DNA of 46,217 nucleotides from Octopus bimaculoides (GCF_001194135.2 NC_068982.1:53929658-53975874), one strand, 5' to 3'. Numbered from the stretch's first letter, positions 23,790 through 35,378 are shown. The notes: generated by a model from the letters alone, not told the origin. Translations and numbers: made by a program.

Positions 23790-24954
23790 TTACTTCTTAC
23801 TTATTTTGTTGGTTTCTTTTTTTCTTTTTTTCTTGTTTCAAAGTGTTTTGAGTAACAGCCATAAAAATGATGTCCTTCATTGTAATCTTTCCATATATAT
23901 AAATGTTTCTTTTATTTTTTGTACAGTGCTTTACCATTTTCTTTTTACTGCATCACCATTTCTATAAAAAAAATATTTCGTTTTATTTAACATGTGACAC
24001 AAGGTTATATTACCCAGTCAAACACCCACTTTCTATCATAATTACTTTCTTTTTGTGTTTTGTTTTACTCTTGTAAACATTTATTCATAACTTCCTCAGA
24101 ATAAAACGGAAAAAAAAACTAGCAGCTGAATTAAACATAAAGAAAGGTTTCCTATTATGAATACTCTCTCATTGTTTTCAAATATAATTATTCTATTCTT
24201 CTGCTTGTTTATTCCTTTCGACTTTCATATTTTACTATGTATGCATTTATGCATCATGTATGTATTAGATCACACGTGCGTGCGCGCGCGCGCGTGTATT
24301 CGGTATCTTTTCATGTCCTTCTGGTTAATTTTATTTTACAATTGGAGGGAATTTAATTTTTTCTTTCTTTAAAACAATTCATTTCGTTCTTTCTATCATA
24401 ATTCCCTTCCTTTTATTTTCCTTCTCACTCTCAATTTTTTCTTCCTTTTTCTCCTTCCTTCTCTGCATTTTATTTCTTTTTCTTTATATGTTGATACCTT
24501 GACTTCGTTCCCCATTTAATGTCACACCATCTTTTTCCCATTCATGAAATCGTTGTGTACTTATTATGTCTTCATATATATAATTCACAATTTCGTTATC
24601 TTTTGGAGTTTTTTTTGCGTTCATCAGTAGCAGAGTTACATTCATTCATAGATTTCTCTCCCTCTCGTGTGTGTGTGTGTATATAGGATTGCAATCGTTG
24701 TGGTCCATTCAAGAATCTTTACTAGCATCAATCAGTGTTCTGTTTCTCATTCGTACACATTCGTAAACATTCTTAACAATTTAGAGTTGTGTCCGTTTTC
24801 AATGCTGCGTTTGTAACACACTTTATTTATAAGCAACAAATTTTACTGCCATTCATTCGTTTATTCATTCGTTTATATTGTGTAGAATCAAAAGTTTTGC
24901 AATATTTTGGTAACTTATTCGCTATATTCGTCCTTGTTACAAAAAAAAGCAGTC

Positions 24955-25150
24955 TAGCATTCAAAGTTTCGCATTGTTTCAAGCCATCTTTCTACCAGTT
25001 CTTTGATCTCACGCTGATACCAGTTCACCTCTTTCCACCTTCTCTTGGTTGACAAAGCGTCGCAATCTCAGGAAGTTAGACATGGATCGAAACAAATAAT
25101 AATTCGAGGGCGATATTTTTCCGCAACCTGAACGTGCATAGGCAGTAGTT
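24955..25150 (-). pseudogene. Mariner transposase C-terminal fragment
   Basis: SPSNYYLFRSMSNFLRLRRFVNQEKVE, then WYQREIKELVERWLETMR, matching mariner APSDYxLF..L..GIxKLVERW. Confidence 0.85.
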
Positions 25151-25184
25151 AAGCTAGGGCCAGCTTCTGAAACCTGTCTGATGA

Positions 25185-25475
25185 AATTATGAGGGGATAA
25201 TTTACTACAAGTTCGTTCCGGATTGTCGAACTCTCGATGCCAATCTGTACTCCGAACAGCTGGAGTGGATGTCCAACAAAAGCACCTGACATTGGTTAAT
25301 AAAATACGAGCACTTCCGCAGCAAGACAATGCAAGACCTCACACTGTTCGAAAGACACGGAGTAAATTCGCAGAACTTGAGGGAATCGAACCGATGCCAC
25401 ATCCAGCGTATAGGTTGAACTTAGCTCCCTCGGATTATTAATTGCTTCGATCCATGTCTCACTTCTTCTGCTCAC
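25185..25475 (+). pseudogene. Mariner (DD34D-type) transposase catalytic fragment
   Basis: NYEGII, YKFVPDCRTLDANLYSEQL, LVNKIRALPQQDNARPHT, PHPAYRLNLAPSDY*LLRSMSHF. Corresponds to mariner HDNARPH and YSPDLAPSDY. Confidence 0.9.
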
Positions 25476-25489
25476 GATGTATCATCATC

Positions 25490-26358
25490 CATTCTGCCAA
25501 CTCACCGCCTTAAGTATACTATAATAATGGTTACAAATTTTGGCGCAAGGCCAGCAAATTTCAGCTGGTACTTATTTTATCGACCCCGAAATAATGAAAA
25601 GCAAAATAGACTTCGGCGGAATCGAACGTAAAGACAGATGAAATGCTGATGAGCATTTGGCCCAGAGTGCTTACCATTCTGCCAGTTCGTAGCCTTAAAG
25701 AATACCATAATAACCCTTTCCACTATAAGCAGAAATTTGGTGGGATGGGTATAGCCGATTACATCGACCCTTTCAGCACTCAAATGGAAGGTAGAGTTGA
25801 CTTCGGTGGAATTTGAGCTCAGAACACGAAGATGGAATAAATGCCACTAAGTATTTTTCCCGGTGTGCTAACGATTCTGCCAGCTCGCTGCCTTAAATTA
25901 TTTGTCTTTATTGCCTACAAGGGGCTAAACATAAAGGGGACAAACAAGGACAGACAAAGGGATTAAATCGATTACATCGACCCCAGTGCGTAACTGGTAC
26001 TTATTTAATCGACCCTGAAAGGATGAAAGGCAAAGTCGACCTCAGCGGAATTTGAACTCAGAACGTAAAGGCAGACGAAATGCCGTTAAGCTTTTCAACC
26101 GGCGTGCAAACGATTCTGCCAGCTCGCCGCCTTAAATTATTATAATCCTTACTATTATAGACATAAGGCTTGAAATTTGGTAGGAGGGGGTTACTCCATT
26201 ATATCGACCCCAGTGTTTCATTGGTATTCAATTTATCCACCCCGAAAAGATAAAAGGCAAAGTCGACCTCAGTGGATTTTGAACTCACAACGTAGCGACG
26301 GGCGAAATACTGCTAAGCATTTAGTTCAGGACGCTTACGATTCTGCCAGCTCGCTGCT
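25490..26358 (-). mobile_element. Head-to-tail array of 4-5 SINE family B copies
   Basis: Heads (ctgccagctcgccgcc on the + strand) near 25500, 25690, 25885, 26125 and 26352. Includes a long-tail copy at 25903-26131. Confidence 0.92.
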
Positions 26359-26838
26359 TTAAATTATTATAATGATAGAAAAATGTTAGCCCTTATTCTC
26401 AACGAGGACATTATAGGTACGAAGACGTTTGTCAGCATTGCTAAATGAAAATAAAATAAACTTTGGCTATTGGTCAATGATGGGTCTACGTGGTTGAATA
26501 TTGCTGCTACACAACACATGATGCATTCATCCTATTCAAGTAGAATCCTAACCTGGTTTAATGAACTTCTTTGATGGAAAACTTTTTAATCGGGAAGTGT
26601 CTGTTTCTATCTGAAGAACATGTTTTTATTATAGAAGTTTAAGGGAGAGGACATCTGATCTCAAGACGATTTATTGGGATTTATTTTATTCACCAGCCAA
26701 GAACATAAGGATGACAAACGATTCCATTATTTTTAACCCGAAAAGCGTAATACTATAAGGCTTTCAAATTCTGACACAAGGCCATCAAAAAACGGGCGAA
26801 ATGATGACAAGTATTTTGCCCGGCGAGCTAACGATTCT

Positions 26839-27058
26839 TATTTCTTTACTGCCCACAAAGGGCTACACACAGAGGGGACAAACAAACGGATCAAGTCGAT
26901 TATATCGACCCCAGTGCGTAACTGGTACTTATAAAATCGACCCCGAAAGGATGAAAGGCAAAGTCGACTTCGGCGGAATTTGAACTCAGAACGTAGCGGC
27001 AGGCGAAATACCGCGAAGCATTTCGCCCGACGTGCTAACGATTCTGCCAGCTCGCTGC
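26839..27058 (-). mobile_element. SINE family B, long-tail variant, inserted into an older B head
   Basis: Full head-to-tail match to the 20911 copy. An older remnant lies at 26750-26838. Confidence 0.92.
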
Positions 27059-27437
27059 ATCACAAGAGTGATAGAAAAATATTAATCCTCCTTAGATACG
27101 GTGATCTATGTAAATGGTGCATATTTTATAGCTGCTGTTATCGTTTTTGTTATTGGCATTTTACTTCTTGATATTCTTGAATTTTGTACCTGTAAAACGT
27201 TATATGCTGGATATCCCCAACCACCGGTTTGTGGATAATTTGGTACCGGGCCGCACAGAAAGAATAAATTTTTTAATTTCACTTTAATTTTATTGACTAC
27301 CGCGGTTTACAGAGTATCCTTGCATCATATCTATGTATTAAAGCGGCGAGCTAGTAGAAACATTAGCACGCCGGGCGAAAACGCTTAATGGTATTTCGTC
27401 TGTCTTTACGTTCTGAGTTCAAATTCCACCGATTATA

Positions 27438-27684
27438 TCTTGTATTTGTTTCAGTCATTAGACTGCGGCCATGCTGGGGCATCACTACTTTGAAGAACTT
27501 TTGGTCGAATCTGGCAACTCCAGTATCTTTTTTGTTTTTTGTTAAGCCTCGTAATTATTCTATCGGATTCTTTCGTCGAACCGCTAATTACGGACACATA
27601 CACACACATAAATATATATACAGTGAGGGCTCGTGTATAGGCACTGCGGAACGGAAACTCTCCCCTATTTCCACTCGATATTAT
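27438..27684. repeat. Composite (SINE A 3' piece plus hAT MITE end), duplicated at 30524-30771
   Basis: Colinear across the junction acggacaca..cataaatatatatacagtg..ggctcgtgtataggcactg.ggaacggaaac. Confidence 0.9.
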
Positions 27685-27929
27685 ATGTTATGTCCAATTT
27701 TAAGTCTGCATAATGTGGTTTGAGGAAGAATTAGCTGTTATTTCCTGGAGGTCAAGCAACCACATACATTTTGTCGTTGATTTATGGGGGACGCTAATAA
27801 GGACTAATAGTGTTGATGGGGAGAGCTGCATTGGTGATGATTGTGGTGACGGCTGGGATAATAGTAGTGGTTTGTTGTGTTAGCATAGATGACCGCTGCT
27901 GGTTGTTATATTAATAATGATGGAAGTAG

Positions 27930-28500
27930 CGGTGGTAGTGGTGGTGGTGGTGGTAGTTGTAGTAGTAGTAGTANNNNNNNNNNNNNNNNNNNNNNNNNNN
28001 NNNNNNNNNNNNNNNNNNNNNNNNNNNNNNNNNNNNNNNNNNNNNNNNNNNNNNNNNNNNNNNNNNNNNNNNNNNNNNNNNNNNNNNNNNNNNNNNNNNN
28101 NNNNNNNNNNNNNNNNNNNNNNNNNNNNNNNNNNNNNNNNNNNNNNNNNNNNNNNNNNNNNNNNNNNNNNNNNNNNNNNNNNNNNNNNNNNNNNNNNNNN
28201 NNNNNNNNNNNNNNNNNNNNNNNNNNNNNNNNNNNNNNNNNNNNNNNNNNNNNNNNNNNNNNNNNNNNNNNNNNNNNNNNNNNNNNNNNNNNNNNNNNNN
28301 NNNNNNNNNNNNNNNNNNNNNNNNNNNNNNNNNNNNNNNNNNNNNNNNNNNNNNNNNNNNNNNNNNNNNNNNNNNNNNNNNNNNNNNNNNNNNNNNNNNN
28401 NNNNNNNNNNNGTGGTGGTGGTGGTGGTGGTGGTGGTTGTGGTGGTGGTGGTAGTGGTGGTGGTGCTGGTTGTGGTGGTGGTGGTGGTGGTGGTGGTGAT
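27930..28500. repeat. (GGT/AGT)n tract spanning an N gap (similar tracts at 2300-2510, 6355-6420, 28750-28930)
   Basis: Visible trinucleotide repeats. Confidence 0.95.
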
Positions 28501-29264
28501 GTTGGTTTTGACATTAATGTTGTTGTTTAGCCCGAGTTAGCTCTGATCAACAGAAGATTAAAGACGCTCTATAACCAACTTTTCTCTATTTTTTTTGCTT
28601 TTTTGTTTTATAGACTGTGTTTATATGATTATACCAGACGATTGGATATGCTTTGTGGAAAATTTAACTGCTATTTCTAGCGTATTAGGTTACCATGTAC
28701 AGGTTTCCCCGTTCGATTGCTGAACAACCTGTGACTGACATTGTTTTTGATTGTGGTGGTGGTGGTGGTGGTGGTGGTGGTATGGTTGCATAGTAGCATA
28801 ATTGTAGTGTTGATGGTTGTGGTGGGTGAAATATGGTTCTGTAGAAGTATGAGGCAGACTGGTGGTGGTGGTCGTCGTCGTCATCGTCGTCCTTGTGATG
28901 ATGATGATTGTCATGGTGGTGGTGGTGGTGACTGTATAGGTATGATCCTAATGGTTCTGATGTTATAGAAGGGCGGTGACTCTTTTAAAATAGTTCCCTC
29001 TGGCTATTATGAACGGTGGTTGGCGCTCTCTTATTCTTGTTATTTCGAAACACGGCTCCTACTGTCTGTAAATGTGTTGCTTAAACACGGGTCAACTCTG
29101 ATTGAGCAGGTAGATGATCAAAAACATTACTGTCATGATCATTTCGTCTTTGGTATACTTACACATGTGTTACCCCCACCAATACTACCACCGTTTATAC
29201 TGAAATTTAATGTGGAAAAAAAAAATGGTGGACGCACATACACACATATTGACGCACATCTTAT

Positions 29265-29510
29265 ACATACATACATACATACATACATACATAATGGCTG
29301 CCCCCTCGTTATCGAGTATGGCCATTGCACGAAGCTTAACTTACCGGTGCTGTGATCGAATGTAACTTTTTAGCCTAGCCAAAGATCTACAAAGTCTTGC
29401 ACAGAGTTGGCATCCAAAACCTTTACTGGCAATAGCTGGCTGTTGTTGTAATTGGGCTCCATGTACCTTTGCGTGTCGTTTAAGTCCTCCTGCTGAATCA
29501 CACTCCCTTC
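29265..29510 (-). pseudogene. RTE-like LINE 3' end with C-terminal zinc-finger(s), cut off by gap
   Basis: Minus frame RECDSAGGLKRHAKVH..GFGCQLCARLCRSLARLKSYIRSQHR*, a short 3' UTR, then a (TATG)n tail. Confidence 0.75.
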
Positions 29511-30706
29511 NNNNNNNNNNNNNNNNNNNNNNNNNNNNNNNNNNNNNNNNNNNNNNNNNNNNNNNNNNNNNNNNNNNNNNNNNNNNNNNNNNNNNNNNNN
29601 NNNNNNNNNNNNNNNNNNNNNNNNNNNNNNNNNNNNNNNNNNNNNNNNNNNNNNNNNNNNNNNNNNNNNNNNNNNNNNNNNNNNNNNNNNNNNNNNNNNN
29701 NNNNNNNNNNNNNNNNNNNNNNNNNNNNNNNNNNNNNNNNNNNNNNNNNNNNNNNNNNNNNNNNNNNNNNNNNNNNNNNNNNNNNNNNNNNNNNNNNNNN
29801 NNNNNNNNNNNNNNNNNNNNNNNNNNNNNNNNNNNNNNNNNNNNNNNNNNNNNNNNNNNNNNNNNNNNNNNNNNNNNNNNNNNNNNNNNNNNNNNNNNNN
29901 NNNNNNNNNNNNNNNNNNNNNNNNNNNNNNNNNNNNNNNNNNNNNNNNNNNNNNNNNNNNNNNNNNNNNNNNNNNNNNNNNNNNNNNNNNNNNNNNNNNN
30001 NNNNNNNNNNNNNNNNNNNNNNNNNNNNNNNNNNNNNNNNNNNNNNNNNNNNNNNNNNNNNNNNNNNNNNNNNNNNNNNNNNNNNNNNNNNNNNNNNNNN
30101 NNNNNNNNNNNNNNNNNNNNNNNNNNNNNNNNNNNNNNNNNNNNNNNNNNNNNNNNNNNNNNNNNNNNNNNNNNNNNNNNNNNNNNNNNNNNNNNNNNNN
30201 NNNNNNNNNNNNNNNNNNNNNNNNNNNNNNNNNNNNNNNNNNNNNNNNNNNNNNNNNNNNNNNNNNNNNNNNNNNNNNNNNNNNNNNNNNNNNNNNNNNN
30301 NNNNNNNNNNNNNNNNNNNNNNNNNNNNNNNNNNNNNNNNNNNNNNNNNNNNNNNNNNNNNNNNNNNNNNNNNNNNNNNNNNNNNNNNNNNNNNNNNNNN
30401 NNNNNNNNNNNNNNNNNNNNNNNNNNNNNNNNNNNNNNNNNNNNNNTTCATTAAAAAATATATTTCTGAAAGTTGGGTTGACACTTGTCTTTTTAGGGAT
30501 CTAAGACTGTCTTTTATCTTTTATCTTGTACTTGTTTCAGTCATTAGACTGCGGCCATGCTGGGGCATCATTACCTTGAAGAACTTTTGGTCGAATCTGT
30601 CAACTCCAGTATCTTTTTTTTTTTTTGTTAAGCCTCGTTCTTATTCTATCGGTTTCTTGCGTCGAACCGCTAATTACGGACACACACACACACATAAATA
30701 TATATA

Positions 30707-31140
30707 CAGTGGCGGCTCGTGTATAGGCACTGTGGAACGGAAACACCCTTCTTATTTCCACTCGATATTATCGATAACATTCAATATAATGAGTCCTTTT
30801 TTTTCTCTAATTTTTTCTTTATGCTTGTACATTATACAATCCTTACGCTTAATGTCAGTAGCCATCCCCTAATTCATGAAAAAAATACAAAAATCCTTGT
30901 TTAGAACTGTGCGCTTCACAGTTCCAGCGACGCGGTCTTTGGCTGTTGCGCTCATGCACACATGTCCGACATAGGAAGCTACACGCTAGGGAGAGAGAGC
31001 ACTGTCGTTCACGCAGTGCCGGTGAAATGGAGTGTTTCTTTTTGACTCCGCGTGTGTTCTGCTTATAAAACGTGTTTATATTCCTGAATGTGATAAAGTG
31101 TAGAATTAGATTATTATCCTGCTTCCAGTTTCAGTGTTGC
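30707..31140. mobile_element. hAT MITE, partial copy inverted relative to 6583-7289
   Basis: Reverse complement of about 6845-7289, starting with TIR CAGTGGCGGCTCGTGTATA. A third stub lies at 27621-27684. Confidence 0.9.
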
Positions 31141-31152
31141 TGCTACACAAAC

Positions 31153-31223
<71 letters not shown>

Positions 31224-31401
31224 NNNNNNNNNNNNNNNNNNNNNNNNNNNNNNNNNNNNNNNNNNNNNNNNNNNNNNNNNNNNNNNNNNNNNNNNNNNNN
31301 NNNNNNNNNNNNNNNNNNNNNNNNNNNNNNNNNNNNNNNNNNNNNNNNNNATATATATATATATAATTATAATAATTTATATATATATATATATATATAT
31401 A

Positions 31402-31568
31402 CATGCGCAGACATAGCTGCGTGGTAAGAAGCATGCTTACAACCGAAATGTTTCTGGGTTCAGTCCCACTGCGTGGCACCTTGGGCAAGCATCTTCTACT
31501 ATAGCCTCGAGCTTACCAAAGCCTTGTGAATGGATATGGTAGACGGAAACTGAAAGAAGCCTGTCGAA
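31402..31568 (+). mobile_element. SINE family A, 5' half
   Basis: gctgcgtggtaagaagcatgctt..gggttcagtcccactgcgtggcaccttgggcaag..gacggaaactgaaagaagcc. Confidence 0.92.
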
Positions 31569-31589
31569 TATATATATATATATATGCAT

Positions 31590-31757
31590 ACACGACGTGC
31601 TTCTTTTAGCTTCCGTCTACCAAATCCATTCACAAGTATTTGGTCAGCCGGAGGCTAAAGCAGAAGACACTTGCCCAAAGTGCCACATAGTGGCGCTGAA
31701 TCCGGAACCATGTGGGTGGGGAAGCAAGGTTCTTACCAAGCAGCTAAGCTTGCGCCA
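31590..31757 (-). mobile_element. SINE family A, 5' half, inverted to the preceding copy
   Basis: cttccgtctaccaaatccattcacaag..cacttgcccaaagtgccac..ccggaaccatgtg. Confidence 0.9.
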
Positions 31758-32563
31758 ACATTATTTTTCGGCACAAATTCTGTTGGTAACCAGATCGCAG
31801 TTTAGCGACAGACATTTCGACAACATATAATGTTTAGTGAAGTTAACGGTCTTAGTGCAATTGTAAATTGTTAGCTTGTACCTTCACGCTGCAATCGTGT
31901 GCTCTCCTTCTTTACGATCAATCGATGATTTAAATGTAGTCTAACTGCTATTTCAAGCAAATCGAATGCCAACGTAGGCTTCCTTGTTGCACTCAATATC
32001 AATGAAATAAAGGGCCATGACCGGACACGTCGGTGTCATCCATCGGGAAGAAATGAGACTGCATTCTTTTGCGTTCATTTGCTTTCGGTGACATTCGGTG
32101 GCGTTCGGCAGCATTCGGCCATGATTTTGGTGGTTAGAGGTTAATTGTCGACAGTAGTCGTGGTAGAGGTATGAGTAATCGAGGCGGGGTAGCCAAGTGC
32201 AATGGCGGCGGCACAATATTTGTGATAAGACCTGTAAGAGTCATAAAGTGAGCTGTCAAGCAGAGAGTGACACAATTGTTGGGAGTGTTTGTTCTAGAGG
32301 AGGAGAATGGGAGAGAAGAGTGAAGGGTGAAGGAAGTCGAATGGGGGCTGTGGTGGAGGAAACAAAGGTCGTTCGGTGCACTTATATATTACTTTTTGGA
32401 TGACACGAGAATATGTATATATATACATATACATATATATATATATATATAAGTATGTATGTATGTATGTATATATGTCATTGTTCAGTTTTATTTCAAG
32501 ATTTCGTGTATGTATACATATATGTATGTTTGTATGTAGGTAGGTAGGTAGACAGTTTTCTGT

Positions 32564-32594
<31 letters not shown>

Positions 32595-32839
32595 CGTGTT
32601 TCTGTCTGTCTGTCAGTAGGTGTTTATGTTACCGATTAAAATCAGACGTGTGTTCATTGCATCCAACATGATTTCTCTCTCTCTCTCTCTCTCCCTCTCT
32701 CTCTCTCCCTCTCTCTCTCAGTGTAAGTACATATACACATACGCACACACACACTGACACACAGACAGTATATATCATTATTATTATTATTATTATTATT
32801 TTATTAATATTATTATTATTATTATTATTGTTGTTGTTG

Positions 32840-32877
<38 letters not shown>

Positions 32878-32970
32878 TTATTAATATTTAGCAGAAGCAA
32901 CTGACGGAATGAAGGGCCCAGAGTTTCGCACGTTAGCATTTATTAAACATGCATACAAACAGACAGACAG

Positions 32971-33004
<34 letters not shown>

Positions 33005-33029
33005 ATGTATATGTACGTATGTACATATT

Positions 33030-33392
33030 CTTTTATTCTTTTACTTGTTTGTCATTTGACTGCAGCCATACTGGAGCACCGCCTTTAGACGAACTAGTCG
33101 ACTCCAGGACTTATTCTTTATAAGCCTGGTACCTATTCTGCTAGATTACGAGGACGTAAATACACCAACATCGGTTGTCAAGCGATAGTAGAGGGACAAA
33201 TACAGACACATAAACGCATACGTATAAATACGATGGGCTTCTTTCAATTTCCGCTTACCAAATCCACTCACAAGGCTTTGGTCAGCCCGAGGCTATAATA
33301 TAAGACACTTATCCAAGGTGCCACGCAGTGGGACTGAACCCGGAATCATGTGGTTAGGAAGCAAGCTTCTTAACACACAGCCACGCCTGCGC
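33030..33392 (-). mobile_element. SINE family A, near full length (3' pieces also at 35130-35300 -, 38310-38500 +, 38515-38720 -, 43145-43285 +)
   Basis: All modules are present in reverse complement. Confidence 0.92.
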
Positions 33393-33403
33393 TTATATAT
33401 GTA

Positions 33404-33436
<33 letters not shown>

Positions 33437-34574
33437 NNNNNNNNNNNNNNNNNNNNNNNNNNNNNNNNNNNNNNNNNNNNNNNNNNNNNNNNNNNNNNNN
33501 NNNNNNNNNNNNNNNNNNNNNNNNNNNNNNNNNNNNNNNNNNNNNNNNNNNNNNNNNNNNNNNNNNNNNNNNNNNNNNNNNNNNNNNNNNNNNNNNNNNN
33601 NNNNNNNNNNNNNNNNNNNNNNNNNNNNNNNNNNNNNNNNNNNNNNNNNNNNNNNNNNNNNNNNNNNNNNNNNNNNNNNNNNNNNNNNNNNNNNNNNNNN
33701 NNNNNNNNNNNNNNNNNNNNNNNNNNNNNNNNNNNNNNNNNNNNNNNNNNNNNNNNNNNNNNNNNNNNNNNNNNNNNNNNNNNNNNNNNNNNNNNNNNNN
33801 NNNNNNNNNNNNNNNNNNNNNNNNNNNNNNNNNNNNNNNNNNNNNNNNNNNNNNNNNNNNNNNNNNNNNNNNNNNNNNNNNNNNNNNNNNNNNNNNNNNN
33901 NNNNNNNNNNNNNNNNNNNNNNNNNNNNNNNNNNNNNNNNNNNNNNNNNNNNNNNNNNNNNNNNNNNNNNNNNNNNNNNNNNNNNNNNNNNNNNNNNNNN
34001 NNNNNNNNNNNNNNNNNNNNNNNNNNNNNNNNNNNNNNNNNNNNNNNNNNNNNNNNNNNNNNNNNNNNNNNNNNNNNNNNNNNNNNNNNNNNNNNNNNNN
34101 NNNNNNNNNNNNNNNNNNNNNNNNNNNNNNNNNNNNNNNNNNNNNNNNNNNNNNNNNNNNNNNNNNNNNNNNNNNNNNNNNNNNNNNNNNNNNNNNNNNN
34201 NNNNNNNNNNNNNNNNNNNNNNNNNNNNNNNNNNNNNNNNNNNNNNNNNNNNNNNNNNNNNNNNNNNNNNNNNNNNNNNNNNNNNNNNNNNNNNNNNNNN
34301 NNNNNNGTTCAAAGCAATGACATTAACGCACAAAACCTAATATCCGTGAAAAGTAGTGACAAACTTCAACCATTATTCCATGGGTGTACTGTTTGCATTT
34401 TGTGTACACAAAATGTATTCATATACGTACATATTTATACATAGATACATATTTACTTTTCAACCACAAATCGTTAAGATATGTTTGTTAGCTAATATAC
34501 AAAAGTACGCAATATGTATAAAAATGTATATGCTGTTATGTGTGTACGTTTATGTCACTAATGATAAACGTATG

Positions 34575-35070
34575 TATGTATGTATGTATGTCATTATTCA
34601 GTTTTATTTCAAGATTTTGTGCCAATTAAGAAAGAGCCAGTTAGCAACCTAGATCTAAGGCCTCTTGTGTATACGTGCAGTATTTCGAGACAGTGCATGT
34701 ATAGATTTGTATGTTTAATTTTATGTATGTATTCTCATGCATATAGTTGCATGCCTAGACGTGCGCATATATATGTTAATGATAAACTTTGCGAAGTTTT
34801 ACAGAATTTTACTGTCCCAGTGATGGCTTGGATCGGTGATCTTCAAATCAGCTTTCTCTTTTCTGGTTTTGCGAAGCCTAATTGCCCAAGGTTGGTATTT
34901 AGGCAGTGTGTTACATATCCCAGTGCGCCGATTGTTACAAGTATAAACATGAACGTGTAATCTAGGTAGAGTAACTGTTGATTTCTTAATAGTTCAGCGT
35001 AGATATTTTCTTTTTCGCTGGTCTTTAGCTTTAAGTTAACATCCGCCGGGCAGCTGATTCCACCAATATA
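34575..35070 (-). pseudogene. Second-family RLE-type LINE 3' end
   Basis: Minus frame ISCPADVNLKLKTSEKENIYAELLRNQQLLYLDYTFMFILVTIGALGYVTHCL..IQAITGTVKFCKT with one stop. The 3' UTR ends cttgaaataaaactgaataatgac(atac)n. Absent from the ORF track. Confidence 0.85.
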
Positions 35071-35297
35071 TGTACGTATGTATGTATGTATGTATGTATG
35101 TATGTATGTATGTATGCATGTATTTTTCTTCCATCTTTTTTTGTTTTTCAGTCACTGGAATGCGGCTTGCTGGGGCACTAACTTGAACAGTAAAATCGAA
35201 CAATTTCTCCCTAGTAATTTTTTTAAAGCCCGGTACCTATTCTATCGGTCTGTTTTGCTAACCGCAAAGTTACAGGTGCATAAAAAAAAACAGCGAG

Positions 35298-35378
<81 letters not shown>

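Noticed and set aside
918-26373. CRISPR-like repeat-spacer arrays suggested by recurring short direct repeats
   Set aside because: The spacers are homologous SINE copies and the repeats are TSD-like. Eukaryotic context with no cas genes.
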